The notes: generated from the letters alone by a model not told the origin. Positions 27,441 to 37,383 are shown, numbered from the stretch's first letter. The stretch is DNA of 64,000 bases from an uncultured Candidatus Saccharibacteria bacterium (GCA_964545165.1 CAZJEQ010000002.1:37072-101071); one strand, 5' to 3'. Program-made: numbers and translations.

Positions 27441-29111
27441 ATGAAAAAAGCATTACAAATCTCGCTCGCCAAAACGCTCTTCACTATCGAAGAAGACGCG
27501 TACGCGCGCCTGGAGGAATATCTCTCGGCAGTGCGTAAACATTTCTCTGCGACCGCAGGATCGGCAGAAATTATCGACGATATTGAAGGATCAATCGCCG
27601 AGCAGCTCATCGAGCGCAAAGAAAGAATCGTATCTATCGAGATTATCGAGGCCATCCTTGCCAAGATGGGCAAGGTAGAAGATTTTGATGACGGCATCTC
27701 CAGCGAGAGCTCGCCGAAGCGCGAATCGACGACGGGTGGCAAAAAACTCTATCGCAATCCCAGCGATGCGATTATTGCGGGTGTCTGCTCCGGCATCGCC
27801 GCGTATTTCGGCTGGGAGACGCTGTGGGTGCGCCTGGGCTTTTTTGCACTCACCTTCTTAAACGGCTTCGGCTTCCTTCTCTACATCGTGCTCTGGGTGA
27901 TTATGCCGGAAGCAAAAAGTGCTGCACAGAAATTGGAAATGACGGGCACTCCAGTCACGCTCGAGAATTTGAGCGAGACGGTGCGCGAGCGCGTCAACGA
28001 GATTCGCGCTGATCGCAAAGGTACCTTTGCAAAGATCATAAGCATCCCTGCACAGCTGATCTCGGGCATCATTCGCGTCATTGGTCCGATCTTTCGCGTG
28101 CTCGCCGGACTCATCATGACCTTCGCCGCTGGCGCTGCACTGGTCGCGATCCTCATCACGAGCAGCATCATGCTCTCTGGTGCTGCGTTTATGACGGGAG
28201 ACTTGCCGGTCTCGACGGTACTCCCCGGTGCACTCTACGGATTCGCCGCTGTGTCACTCATCTTTGTTGCACTGATTCCCGCGCTTGCCGTCTTTTTTGC
28301 TGGCATCGCACTACTTGCCAAGAAAACGATCATCTCCGGGCCGATCGGCGCCGGCATGTTGGGCCTGTGGTTCCTCGCCATCGCCGTCTCGGGATTTGCG
28401 ATTGCCAAAGGTGCCGAGAATTATCGTGTCTATCGTGAGACCGCTCCAGAATACCAGGCGATCAGTCGCGAGATTTCGCTCGAAGGCGCTTTCCAGCGAG
28501 TCGAGGTAGAAAACGGTGTCGATCTTGAGATTCTCAAAGGCGAAACACCGTCGCTCACCGCGACCGGCCTTGAACGCATGATTGATTCGTATGACGCACG
28601 GGTGGAAAATGGCACACTCCATATCTCGCGCACGCCGCTTGACGGACGTATCTGCTTCTTCTGCGGAGATCACACACCGACGCTCACGCTTCGTATCGAT
28701 CAGCTTGAATCCATCGCTGGCGAGCGCGGCGCACATATCACCATGGAAGATCTCGGGCTCACGGCACTGACGATCGAGCTCAAACAAGGCTCGCGCGCCG
28801 ATATCGAAGCAGCGTTTGACTCACTTATTGCAGAAGTCCGCGATGGCTCATACCTCTCGCTCGATGGCTCCGCCACCCGTGCCACGATGACAGCCACACA
28901 AGGTGCGCGCATTCACGCCATAGATTTCGACATCCAAGACGCCGAGGTCACAGCCACCTACGGCTCGGACGTGGATATCAATGTGTCACAGACACTGAAG
29001 GCGACAGCGACCTACGGCGCACGTATCTCCTACGATGGTAATCCGCAGGCGACGATAAGCGAGCGCCAAGGAGCGGACGTCCGCTCTAATGAACAGCCGG
29101 AGGAGGAGTAA
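27441..29111 (+). CDS. PspC domain protein with C-terminal DUF2807/GIN-like domain
   Basis: IEEDAY..L..YL N-terminus; KKLYR...IAGVCSGIAAYF (PspC); TMs; beta-helix C-terminus. Confidence 0.88.
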   Translation: MKKALQISLAKTLFTIEEDAYARLEEYLSAVRKHFSATAGSAEIIDDIEGSIAEQLIERKERIVSIEIIEAILAKMGKVEDFDDGISSESSPKRESTTGGKKLYRNPSDAIIAGVCSGIAAYFGWETLWVRLGFFALTFLNGFGFLLYIVLWVIMPEAKSAAQKLEMTGTPVTLENLSETVRERVNEIRADRKGTFAKIISIPAQLISGIIRVIGPIFRVLAGLIMTFAAGAALVAILITSSIMLSGAAFMTGDLPVSTVLPGALYGFAAVSLIFVALIPALAVFFAGIALLAKKTIISGPIGAGMLGLWFLAIAVSGFAIAKGAENYRVYRETAPEYQAISREISLEGAFQRVEVENGVDLEILKGETPSLTATGLERMIDSYDARVENGTLHISRTPLDGRICFFCGDHTPTLTLRIDQLESIAGERGAHITMEDLGLTALTIELKQGSRADIEAAFDSLIAEVRDGSYLSLDGSATRATMTATQGARIHAIDFDIQDAEVTATYGSDVDINVSQTLKATATYGARISYDGNPQATISERQGADVRSNEQPEEE

Positions 29112-30516
29112 CTGCTCCCCCTTTCCCTGCCTTGATCAAAAAGAATGCCGTGAGTGATGCGATCGCGCAGAAAATAATGCCGGTATAGAAGGCGATATGG
29201 AATCCTTCGACGAGCGCGGGGAGCTGCGCACCAGGATTCGCGGCAAGGTAGCTCGCAGTCTTCGATGCGGCCACTGATGAGAGAATCGCGAGACCAAGCG
29301 CACCACCGATTTGCTGCGCGGTCGTCAAGAGTCCCGAAGCGAGGCCCGAGAAATGCCCCGGGACGCCGGAGGTCGCTGCGATCGTGATCGAGACGAAAGA
29401 GAATCCCATGCCGACTGCCATGAGGGCGAGGCCCGGGAGGACGTGTGTGTAGTAGGAGCCTTCCACGGGCACGTGCGCGAGCACCAGGAGGCCGCTGGCC
29501 AGAAGCCACGGCGCCACGACGATGATCGGCTTGTACCCGATGCGCTTGATGAGACGCGGTGCGAACATCGCGGTCATCGCTATGATCATCGGCACCGGGA
29601 GAAACGCGAGACCGGAGGCAACCGGCGAGTAGCCGAGGATGGATTGCACATACAGCGATACGAAGAAGAACATTGCAAAGACGCTGGCGGTGATCGGGAG
29701 CTGTGTGAGATCCGCTGCAGCGATGTTACCGATTTTGAATACCGAGAGCGGGACGAGTGGCTTCTTGGCGCGCGACTCATTCCAGAAGAACGCTGCGATG
29801 AGCGCCGCAGAGATCACGAAGAACAGAATCGTATGCACGGAGAGCCATCCCCACTTTGATGCCTCGGTGAGTGTATAGACGAGCAGAATCATACCGCTCG
29901 TGATGAGCGCGGCACCGGGAATGTCGAGCGTCTTGTCGTGCTCCTCACTCTCATGCTTCGGTGCAAGCTTGAGCGCAAAGTAGCCGACCAAGAGACCGAC
30001 TGGCACGTTGATGAAGAAATTCCAGCGCCAGCTCAAATACTGCGTGAGAATACCGCCGAGGAGTACACCCGCAGCTCCCCCACCTGCGGCGACCATGCCC
30101 CAAATCGACAGTGCGCGCGTGCGCTCATGCTGCTCGCGAAATGTAGCGAGTACGATGGAGAGCGCTGCAGGCGACATAAATGCCGCCGAGAGACCCTGGA
30201 GACCACGCAAGATAATCATCTGCGCCTCGTTTTGTGCGAGGCCAACGAAAAGCGAAGTAAGCGCGAATCCGAAGACGCCGGAGACGAACACCAATCGACG
30301 CCCGTAGAGATCTGCAGCGCGACCGCCAAAAAGCAGGAAGCCGCCAAAGGCCAGCGTGTAGGTCGATACGATCCACTGCAATCCGGTGAGTGAGAGCCCG
30401 AGAGTCTTCTGTACGCTGGGCAGCGCCACATTCATAATCGAAATATCGAGCACCACCATAAATTGTGCGAGCGCGAGGAGCGCCAGGAGCCACCAGTGTT
30501 TCGCGTGTTCTTTCAT
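29086..30516 (-). CDS. DHA2-family MFS transporter
   Basis: LDISIMNVALP, GGRAADLYGRR, WRWNFFINVPVG; ~14 TMs. Confidence 0.92.
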   Translation of the reverse strand: MKEHAKHWWLLALLALAQFMVVLDISIMNVALPSVQKTLGLSLTGLQWIVSTYTLAFGGFLLFGGRAADLYGRRLVFVSGVFGFALTSLFVGLAQNEAQMIILRGLQGLSAAFMSPAALSIVLATFREQHERTRALSIWGMVAAGGGAAGVLLGGILTQYLSWRWNFFINVPVGLLVGYFALKLAPKHESEEHDKTLDIPGAALITSGMILLVYTLTEASKWGWLSVHTILFFVISAALIAAFFWNESRAKKPLVPLSVFKIGNIAAADLTQLPITASVFAMFFFVSLYVQSILGYSPVASGLAFLPVPMIIAMTAMFAPRLIKRIGYKPIIVVAPWLLASGLLVLAHVPVEGSYYTHVLPGLALMAVGMGFSFVSITIAATSGVPGHFSGLASGLLTTAQQIGGALGLAILSSVAASKTASYLAANPGAQLPALVEGFHIAFYTGIIFCAIASLTAFFLIKAGKGGAVTPPPAVH

Positions 30517-30527
30517 AGGAGTGCGTA

Positions 30528-30609
30528 GTATAACCTTCAGATTCCCAGCTGGGAATCTGAAGAGTTATGCCCGGACGCGTCCCTGCAGGGACGCGACGTT
30601 GGGTATAAC
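30528..30609. repeat. 82-bp double-palindrome intergenic element, copy 1
   Basis: 28-bp (30535-30562) and 20-bp (30576-30595) perfect palindromes within a gtataac/gttatgc/gtataac frame; homologous to 39763-39844. Confidence 0.85.
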
Positions 30610-30615
30610 AAATCG

Positions 30616-30840
30616 CTATTTTTCGCTGATGTTGAAAACTTTTGACGGACTTCGATGACCCTTGGTAATGCGAATTCTTTTTACAGGGACTCGAAAACGA
30701 TCGGCAAGGATTTCGATCACACGTCGATTCGCTTGATTTCGTTCGGCTTGCTCACGGACCGAGATCTCAAAGCGCTCGGGAGACAATTCTTTCACTGATT
30801 CCCTCCTCGCACCCGCTATTACCTTGACCATTACATACAT
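30616..30840 (-). CDS. DUF167 (YggU-like) protein
   Basis: VKV..GAR.E, AERNQAN, I.KGHRSPSK. Confidence 0.85.
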   Translation of the reverse strand: MYVMVKVIAGARRESVKELSPERFEISVREQAERNQANRRVIEILADRFRVPVKRIRITKGHRSPSKVFNISEK

Positions 30841-30898
30841 GGCTTCATCCTATGGCACCGCGCATTTCTTTGCTATCTTTAGCGTGTTTGTATCAATT

Positions 30899-30972
30899 TG
30901 GGGGATCGTCTAATGGTAGGACAGGAGCCTTTGAAGCTCTTAATCTTGGTTCGATTCCAAGTCCCCCAGCCA
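30899..30972 (+). tRNA. tRNA-Gln(TTG)
   Basis: Cloverleaf: TGGGGGA/TCCCCCA acceptor, CT-TTG-AA loop, TTCGATT, encoded CCA. Confidence 0.95.
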
Positions 30973-31042
30973 GCTTGAGATAGGTTCGAACTCCGAGGAG
31001 TGTCGTTATGGTTGGGATTGTTTCCGTGACATAATTTTCTAT

Positions 31043-31465
31043 ATGCCTACCGCAAAACTCGTACCAGAATTCAAAGTACGAGACTTCGAAAAGAGTGTGG
31101 ATTTTTACACTCGTCTTGCAGGATTCAAAATCTTGTACGACAGGCCAGAGGAAAAATTCGCCATGCTCGATAAAGAAGGAGCAAATCTGATGATTGAACT
31201 TCTAGAGTCTCAAGACAGATGGGCAATTGGTGCGAGGGAATACCCGCTTGGACAAGGGGTCAACTTCCAAATCGAAGTGACAAATGTTCAGGAACTCTAC
31301 GAAAACCTCAAGAAAGATAATTACCCAATCTTTTTCGATATGGAAGAGAAATGGTATAGAAGTAATGACAAAGAAGTTGGTAATCGCCAATTTCTTGTGC
31401 AAGACCCGGATGGCTATCTTTTGCGCTTTTTTCAGGATTTGGGCGAACGCCCCAGAAACATATGA
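31043..31465 (+). CDS. VOC/glyoxalase-bleomycin resistance family protein
   Basis: LVPE, GQGVNFQI, FLVQDPDGYLLRF. Confidence 0.9.
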   Translation: MPTAKLVPEFKVRDFEKSVDFYTRLAGFKILYDRPEEKFAMLDKEGANLMIELLESQDRWAIGAREYPLGQGVNFQIEVTNVQELYENLKKDNYPIFFDMEEKWYRSNDKEVGNRQFLVQDPDGYLLRFFQDLGERPRNI

Positions 31466-32217
31466 ATGTTGATCAACTAACTGTTACGTCTCTACACCTG
31501 GAGTTATTTTTTGACGCACAATATTTATCCTCTGCAACTGGATTTGTGGTTGAGAAAGAGGGTAACTACTTTCTTGTTACAAATTGGCATGTCGTATCCG
31601 GTAGGCATCCAACGACACAAAAACCACTATCTTCAACTGGCGCAATACCGAATAAAATACGCGTTTGGCATAATGCAAAAAAAGATCATGTGGGTGTATG
31701 GGTATCTGTGGATTATCCGCTCCAAGATACAGAGGGAAATCCTATTTGGAGGGAAAAGGATTTCGGTTCTGAAAAAATAGATGTTGTTATATTTCCAATT
31801 ACAGGTAGACCAGAAATTGCTCTTTATCCTCTAGATTTGGCACTTAAGGATATTGATCTAATAATCTCTCCCTCGGAAGATTTATCGATTATTGGTTTTC
31901 CGTACGGTAAAGCTTCCGATGGTAAATTTGCTATATGGAAGAGTGGCAATTTAGCATCCGATTTTGACATCAACTACGAAAGTAAGCCGGTATTCTTAAT
32001 TGACGCCACAACTAAGGGTGGCATGTCAGGTTCTCCCGTTTTTGCTCGAAGAATAGGCCAGGTGAGCAGTTCAAAAGGTTTAAACATTGGATCTTCAGCA
32101 ACTAAATTTCTCGGTGTGTATTCAGGAAGAATTATTGGAGACAATGTAGAAGATATTCCTGACATAGGTATGGTTTGGAAAACGTCCGTATTGGACGAAT
32201 TGCTCGCATTGGTCTAA
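31462..32217 (+). CDS. Trypsin-like serine peptidase
   Basis: VTNWHVV (His), IDVV (Asp), GMSGSPV (Ser); AT-rich. Confidence 0.85.
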   Translation: MNVDQLTVTSLHLELFFDAQYLSSATGFVVEKEGNYFLVTNWHVVSGRHPTTQKPLSSTGAIPNKIRVWHNAKKDHVGVWVSVDYPLQDTEGNPIWREKDFGSEKIDVVIFPITGRPEIALYPLDLALKDIDLIISPSEDLSIIGFPYGKASDGKFAIWKSGNLASDFDINYESKPVFLIDATTKGGMSGSPVFARRIGQVSSSKGLNIGSSATKFLGVYSGRIIGDNVEDIPDIGMVWKTSVLDELLALV

Positions 32218-32327
32218 TTAAACTAGATTCCGAGGTGGGTCGAAATGCTAAACTAAAAAGCGTCAAGAAAGCCTTGTGGGACTTGATGGAGAATTATTCG
32301 AATCCGATGAGGCCAGCAAATACACGT

Positions 32328-32762
32328 ATGGCTGAATTGAAAACAAAAGTGAATAAGGCGAGCGTGGCAAAATTCTTAAGCGCCATCAAAGATCCGCAGA
32401 AGCGCAGTGATTGTTCCACGATTTCAAAGCTCATGGAGAAGGCCACGAAGTCGAAGCCGGAGATGTGGGGCACCTCGATCGTCGGCTTTGGGCGCAGGAA
32501 GTACACCTACGCCAACGGCAAAGAGGCTGAATGGATGCAGATCGGCTTAGCTCCACGCAAGCAAAACATCGCGCTCTATGGCTTAAAAGTTTTCTCTATG
32601 ACAACTGCGGGCTTGAAAGAAAAGAAGGGAGCAAACGATTTCCTTTTGAAATTAGGAAAATACAAAGAAGGTGGCGGATGTCTCTACATCAACAAACTTG
32701 CCGATATCAACGTCAAAGAGCTGGAGAAGATCATAAAGCTCGCTGCAAAACGAAACAAATAA
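32328..32762 (+). CDS. DUF1801 domain protein
   Basis: MAELKTK, MWGTSIVGFG, LAPRKQ, LGKYK.G.GCLYINKL. Confidence 0.88.
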   Translation: MAELKTKVNKASVAKFLSAIKDPQKRSDCSTISKLMEKATKSKPEMWGTSIVGFGRRKYTYANGKEAEWMQIGLAPRKQNIALYGLKVFSMTTAGLKEKKGANDFLLKLGKYKEGGGCLYINKLADINVKELEKIIKLAAKRNK

Positions 32763-32841
32763 TATTCGGCAACATGATCGCCGACTGCGTGCTCATGAAG
32801 TTGATTGAGACGCCGATACAGTAAGGTGCTACAGTCGGCTA

Positions 32842-33717
32842 ATGAAAACATTTACATTCTCCTCCGTATCAATCGCGATAATTGCATTCTCTTTCTGTGC
32901 GTTTGCCACGACGGCCTTTGCACAAACAGCAGACGCGAGCTTTGCTCGCGATTTGAGAATGGGCGCATCTGGTACTGATGTCGCCGCTCTGCAGATGTAT
33001 CTCATCTCAAAGGGGCACTTGAACATCCCGACTCCTACAGGGACGTTTGGCGCACTGACCCGCAAAGCAGTGGTCGCTTGGCAAACACAGGCCGGGATCT
33101 CACCTGCCTCAGGATTCTTTGGCCCCCTATCGAGGCAACGTTTGAATGCTGACGTCAAAATGACTGGAGCACAAACGACACCGACGGTGAACACAGCGGT
33201 AGTCGCGACTCCTGTATCAGCGATAAGGACTGCGACTCCGATCGCTTCGCTCGAGCCAGGCACCGGACTTCCCGTCCGAATCAAAATTGAGCAACTCAAT
33301 GTTGATGCGCCCATCATTCCTGTCGGTCTCACTACCAGCGGCGCCATGGATGCACCCAACACGCTTACCGAGGTAGGCTGGTACATCGGTGGCATGCGAC
33401 CGGGTGAAATCGGTACGGCAGTATTAGATGGCCACGTCGCACAGATTCGCGGCGGCGTCGCGACCCTGCCCGGTGTGTTCTCGCGACTCAACGAGCTGCG
33501 TGTCGGCGATAGATTCACGATCGTGAATGACCAGGGCAAGACCACCACCTTCGCCGTGCGTGAAAGCCGCCTTTTTGATCCTACAGCGGACACCACCGCG
33601 CTCTTCACCTCCACAGACGGCAGGGCCCATCTCAACATCATCACGTGTGACGGTACCTGGAACCCCGTACTCAAAAGCTTCTCCCAGCGACTCGTATTGT
33701 TTGCCGAAGCGCTCTAA
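32842..33717 (+). CDS. Class F sortase fused to a peptidoglycan-binding domain
   Basis: Signal peptide; PG_binding_1 motif; VGWY..PGEIG.AVLDGH, IITC, QRL catalytic residues. Confidence 0.85.
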   Translation: MKTFTFSSVSIAIIAFSFCAFATTAFAQTADASFARDLRMGASGTDVAALQMYLISKGHLNIPTPTGTFGALTRKAVVAWQTQAGISPASGFFGPLSRQRLNADVKMTGAQTTPTVNTAVVATPVSAIRTATPIASLEPGTGLPVRIKIEQLNVDAPIIPVGLTTSGAMDAPNTLTEVGWYIGGMRPGEIGTAVLDGHVAQIRGGVATLPGVFSRLNELRVGDRFTIVNDQGKTTTFAVRESRLFDPTADTTALFTSTDGRAHLNIITCDGTWNPVLKSFSQRLVLFAEAL

Positions 33718-33745
33718 GTGAGCTGCGCATGTGTATACTGCACGT

Positions 33746-34045
33746 ATGAAAACCTCGCATAAAGTACTGTTGGGAGTAGTGGCAGTCGTTGTCCTTGGTG
33801 CATTCGCACGCTACGTCGTATTCGCCGACCAATTTAATAAATGGGGCGCAGATCTCGAGCGCGTCGGTGCATGGGAAAAGGATTACCGAGCTCAGCATCC
33901 GAATGCCACAGACAAGGAAGTCGACGCCGCGTTTAAAGCAGGTATTGCGAACATCGAAGTGTGGATGGAGCAATACAAGCACGATCACCCAGGAGCTACC
34001 GACGCTGACGCCAAAGCTGCGTTCGACGCCGCGTGGGGTAACTAA
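33746..34045 (+). CDS. Hypothetical membrane-anchored protein with internal repeat
   Basis: N-terminal TM; two copies of W...Y...HP.ATD.....AF.A; TATACT-N6-ATG start. Confidence 0.7.
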   Translation: MKTSHKVLLGVVAVVVLGAFARYVVFADQFNKWGADLERVGAWEKDYRAQHPNATDKEVDAAFKAGIANIEVWMEQYKHDHPGATDADAKAAFDAAWGN

Positions 34046-34073
34046 GCCTCGCTCGGTGGGTTAAAATAGTGGC

Positions 34074-34418
34074 ATGAATAGCCACCACCGCATCAATTAC
34101 ATCGAATTGCCTGCTGCCGACCTCGAAGCGATGAAGGCATTTTACGGCAGCGCATTCGGCTGGACCTTTACCGACTACGGGCCCGAGTACGTCGAATTCA
34201 AAGACGGTGCGCTTACGGGCGGATTCACCGCTGGCGTCGTCGCAGGCGATGCGGGCCCGTTGGTGATTCTCTTCTCCAGCGATCTCGAGAAATCGCTCGC
34301 AGCAGTCGAGACTTCTGGCGGCTCAATCGTAAAACCGATCTTCGACTTCCCTGGTGGCCGTCGCTTCCATTTTGTAGACCCGGCTGGCAACGTACTCGCT
34401 GTATGGTCGGAAAAATAA
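34074..34418 (+). CDS. VOC family protein
   Basis: INYIEL, FYGSAFGW, PGGRRFHFVDPAGN. Confidence 0.9.
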   Translation: MNSHHRINYIELPAADLEAMKAFYGSAFGWTFTDYGPEYVEFKDGALTGGFTAGVVAGDAGPLVILFSSDLEKSLAAVETSGGSIVKPIFDFPGGRRFHFVDPAGNVLAVWSEK

Positions 34419-34422
34419 TCAC

Positions 34423-34851
34423 ATGATCGAGACACAAAGCGCGGGTGGAGTTGTCGTAAACGAACGAGGCGAGATTGCGCTGGTCACCAATGGTATGGGC
34501 GGCCCGTGGTGGGGCCTGCCCAAAGGGCATCTCGACGACGGCGAAGACACACTCACTGCCGCTCAGCGCGAGATCACTGAAGAAACAGGTCTGACCGATC
34601 TGACGCTCGTAAAATCTCTTGGTAGCTACAAACGCTACCGAGGTAAGCCGGGAGGCGGATACGACACCAGTGAGCTCAAGCATATTTCTATGTTTCTTTT
34701 CCGCGCGCCGAATACGCCACTCAAGCCGACTGATCCCAACAATCCTGAAGCACGCTGGGTGACTGTCGACGAAGCCCTCGCGATGGTTACGCTGCCAGAA
34801 GACCGAAGCTTTCTCGCATCGGTCATGGATGAAGTAAAAGCATTGAAATGA
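34423..34851 (+). CDS. NUDIX hydrolase
   Basis: PKGHLDDGEDTLTAAQREITEETGL Nudix box. Confidence 0.92.
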   Translation: MIETQSAGGVVVNERGEIALVTNGMGGPWWGLPKGHLDDGEDTLTAAQREITEETGLTDLTLVKSLGSYKRYRGKPGGGYDTSELKHISMFLFRAPNTPLKPTDPNNPEARWVTVDEALAMVTLPEDRSFLASVMDEVKALK

Positions 34852-35042
34852 CAAAGCGGCCCGTATTGGCCGCTTTGATCGTGCATGTTCTTGAGGCCAG
34901 GGGTGTAGCCGCGCCGATTTTCGTATGATGGCGCTTGGTGCATAGCCGGCGTGAAGCGGCCTGGCGCATACTCGACCGACAGCGTGGCGCATCCCGTGAG
35001 TGTGAACATCGCGAACGCGATGCATATTGTTCGTATCAACAT
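34635..35042 (-). CDS. Putative lipoprotein (3' part overlaps NUDIX gene antisense)
   Basis: GGAGG SD, hydrophobic signal and LTGC lipobox; the true 3' extent is doubtful. Confidence 0.4.
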   Translation of the reverse strand: MLIRTICIAFAMFTLTGCATLSVEYAPGRFTPAMHQAPSYENRRGYTPGLKNMHDQSGQYGPLCHFNAFTSSMTDARKLRSSGSVTIARASSTVTQRASGLLGSVGLSGVFGARKRNIEICLSSLVSYPPPGLPR

Positions 35043-35095
35043 CCTAGTCCTCCGTAGCTTCAGTCACGCTACCACAGAGCCGATATAATTGCGCC

Positions 35096-35662
35096 ATGGT
35101 ATCCGCGGCCACCCAATTTCGTCATCGATTAAAGCGGGATGCACTCGTCATCGTCGTCAGCATCATTGCGGCGACTTTTGCATTTCGAAGCGGCGCGCTC
35201 GACACAGTGTTTCTGGTCAGTCCCGAGTCTGAGCTCATCGGCACCTTAATTGCGGGACTTCTCTTCACCTCGCTTTTCACTACACCGTTTGCGATTGCGA
35301 TGTTTGCGGCTATCGCGCCAGAGGTAAACATCATTGTGATGGCGCTTCTGGGTGCGAGTGGCTCAGTGATGGGAGATCTCGTACTCTTCGGCCTCATCCG
35401 CCACACATTCCGAGACGATCTCGAGCATCTGCTCTCGTTGCGCAAATTCCGTCGCTTCGTGGCAATTTTCCATCGTCGCGTATTCCGCTGGGTGCTCCCC
35501 TTCATCGGCGCCCTCATCATCGCCTCCCCGCTCCCCGACGAGCTCGGTATCGGACTCATGGGTGTCTCACGTATGAAAGTCTCGACGCTTGTGATGGTTT
35601 CTTACGTGATGAACACCATCGGTATTCTCCTCATTGGCTTGGCAGCGGTCAGTGCTGTATAA
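35096..35662 (+). CDS. Hypothetical membrane protein (DedA/VTT-like)
   Basis: Multi-TM; GSVMGDLVLF, IIASPLPDELG. Confidence 0.75.
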   Translation: MVSAATQFRHRLKRDALVIVVSIIAATFAFRSGALDTVFLVSPESELIGTLIAGLLFTSLFTTPFAIAMFAAIAPEVNIIVMALLGASGSVMGDLVLFGLIRHTFRDDLEHLLSLRKFRRFVAIFHRRVFRWVLPFIGALIIASPLPDELGIGLMGVSRMKVSTLVMVSYVMNTIGILLIGLAAVSAV

Positions 35663-35669
35663 CGCACCC

Positions 35670-36416
35670 ATGCCGCCGTATGCGCTCATAGACAAAGAGG
35701 TAGGCGAAACACCCCTGCAAGCACTGCAGCGTTTTCGTGCGACTGATGCTCGCTACGAGGGAATACCCATGACGTACGCAGGTCGGCTCGACCCGATGGC
35801 GAGCGGACAGCTCCTTATTTTGATCGGCGATGAATGCATTCGACGAGAAAAGTACGACAGTCTCGATAAAACATATCGCTTCGAGATCCTGCTCGGCGTC
35901 GAGAGCGACACCGGCGACGTGCTGGGGCTCGCCTCGGAAGCAACGAGTTTCCCTGCTGCAGGAACCGACTGGGAGCGTGTCGTCGCATCGCTCGTGGGAG
36001 TCCACCATCTTGCCTACCCCGTATTTTCTTCTCGCACGGTCGACGGGAAGCCGCTCTTTGAACATGCCCATCGCGATGCGCATGTTGAGCGCCCGGTGCG
36101 AGAGATGCGGGTGATGCGCGCTTCCTATCACGGCGTACGCGAAATTAGCAGTGCGGATCTGCTGCGTGAGATCGAAGAGAAACTCGATCGCGTGCACGTG
36201 CCAGATACCAACGATTTTCGCATTGAGCGCATTGTGCCGCAGTGGCGCGCTGTCTTATCACAGCCAGCTGTCTTTACGATCCTCACCATCGAAGCGGACG
36301 TCGCATCTGGTACATACATTCGAGCGCTCGCACCCGAGCTTGCGAAGTCGCTTCGCACACACGGGCTCGCCTACAGCATCCACCGCAGCTCGATTCACCT
36401 ACCCTCATCTTCATGA
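35670..36416 (+). CDS. truB: tRNA pseudouridine(55) synthase TruB-like, minimal form
   Basis: K.VG.TP, YAGRLDPMASG (catalytic Asp), SDTGD, SGTYIRAL. Confidence 0.8.
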   Translation: MPPYALIDKEVGETPLQALQRFRATDARYEGIPMTYAGRLDPMASGQLLILIGDECIRREKYDSLDKTYRFEILLGVESDTGDVLGLASEATSFPAAGTDWERVVASLVGVHHLAYPVFSSRTVDGKPLFEHAHRDAHVERPVREMRVMRASYHGVREISSADLLREIEEKLDRVHVPDTNDFRIERIVPQWRAVLSQPAVFTILTIEADVASGTYIRALAPELAKSLRTHGLAYSIHRSSIHLPSSS

Positions 36417-36486
36417 GAGATTCAGTAGCCGTTCGTTACGCTGTAGCGAGGTTACAAGATAGCTAATAATCTAATCAGTATCTCTT

Positions 36487-36744
36487 ATGGAAATCATTGC
36501 ATTTCTCGTGTTGGGCGGCATCGCAGGCTGGCTTGCGTCGCTCTTGATGGGCACGGACGCGTCGCAGGGCATTATGCTCAATGTCGTAGTCGGTGTCGTC
36601 GGTGCATTCGTCGGCGGTATGGCGTTCAATGCCTTTGGATCAAGTGGTGTCACCGGGTTCAACTTCTACAGCCTCGTCGTGGCGACCATCGGTGCAGCAT
36701 TGCTTCTGTGGGTCGTGCGACTCTTCCGCGGCTCCTCTATCTAG
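36487..36744 (+). CDS. GlsB/YeaQ/YmgE family stress-response membrane protein
   Basis: GGIAGWLAS, VGVVGAFVGG, ATIGAALLL. Confidence 0.9.
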   Translation: MEIIAFLVLGGIAGWLASLLMGTDASQGIMLNVVVGVVGAFVGGMAFNAFGSSGVTGFNFYSLVVATIGAALLLWVVRLFRGSSI

Positions 36745-36760
36745 CGGATACGTAGCTACA

Positions 36761-36792
36761 GAAAAAGCGGTCGCTTCGGCGGCCGCTTTTTC
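36761..36792 (+). terminator. Intrinsic terminator
   Basis: gaaaaagcggtcgc-ttcg-gcggccgctttttc. Confidence 0.8.
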
Positions 36793-36822
36793 GTAGGCAA
36801 ATGTCATGTAGACTGCGGATCT

Positions 36823-37383
36823 ATGCAAGTCAAAAGCATTCGCTTCGTCAAAGGCATCCGTGGCACAGATGATATTACGCACGACGGCACTCCTCAGATT
36901 GCCTTTGTGGGGCGCTCCAACGTCGGCAAGTCCAGCCTCATCAATGCACTCGTCGGCAAAGACGTGGCCGTCGTCGGCAAGAAGCCCGGTAAAACGACGG
37001 AGATCAACTACTTTCTCGTCAACAACGAATTCTACTTGGCCGACCTCCCCGGCTACGGCTATGCACAAGCAACGCCAAAAGAGCGCGACAAATTGAAGAA
37101 GCTCATCATCTGGTATCTCACCTACTCAGAAGCGCGTCCCAAGAAAGTCGTGCTCGTTGTCGACAGCAAGGTCGGCGTGACGAAATTTGACGAGCAAATG
37201 ATGGAAATTCTGAAAGAGCACCATCATCCCTTTATGATTGTTGCCAACAAAGTCGATAAAATTTCTCAAGGAGAAATCTCCAAGCAGCTTGCTACGATTC
37301 GCGGCTACGGCGCGGAAGTCGTGCACTTTTCTGCTAAAACGCAGAAGCGCGCTGAGAGCGTACTCGCGGCGATCCTCGCCTAA
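36823..37383 (+). CDS. engB: Ribosome biogenesis GTPase EngB/YihA
   Basis: GRSNVGKSS, PGKT, DLPGYGY, NKVD. Confidence 0.95.
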   Translation: MQVKSIRFVKGIRGTDDITHDGTPQIAFVGRSNVGKSSLINALVGKDVAVVGKKPGKTTEINYFLVNNEFYLADLPGYGYAQATPKERDKLKKLIIWYLTYSEARPKKVVLVVDSKVGVTKFDEQMMEILKEHHHPFMIVANKVDKISQGEISKQLATIRGYGAEVVHFSAKTQKRAESVLAAILA

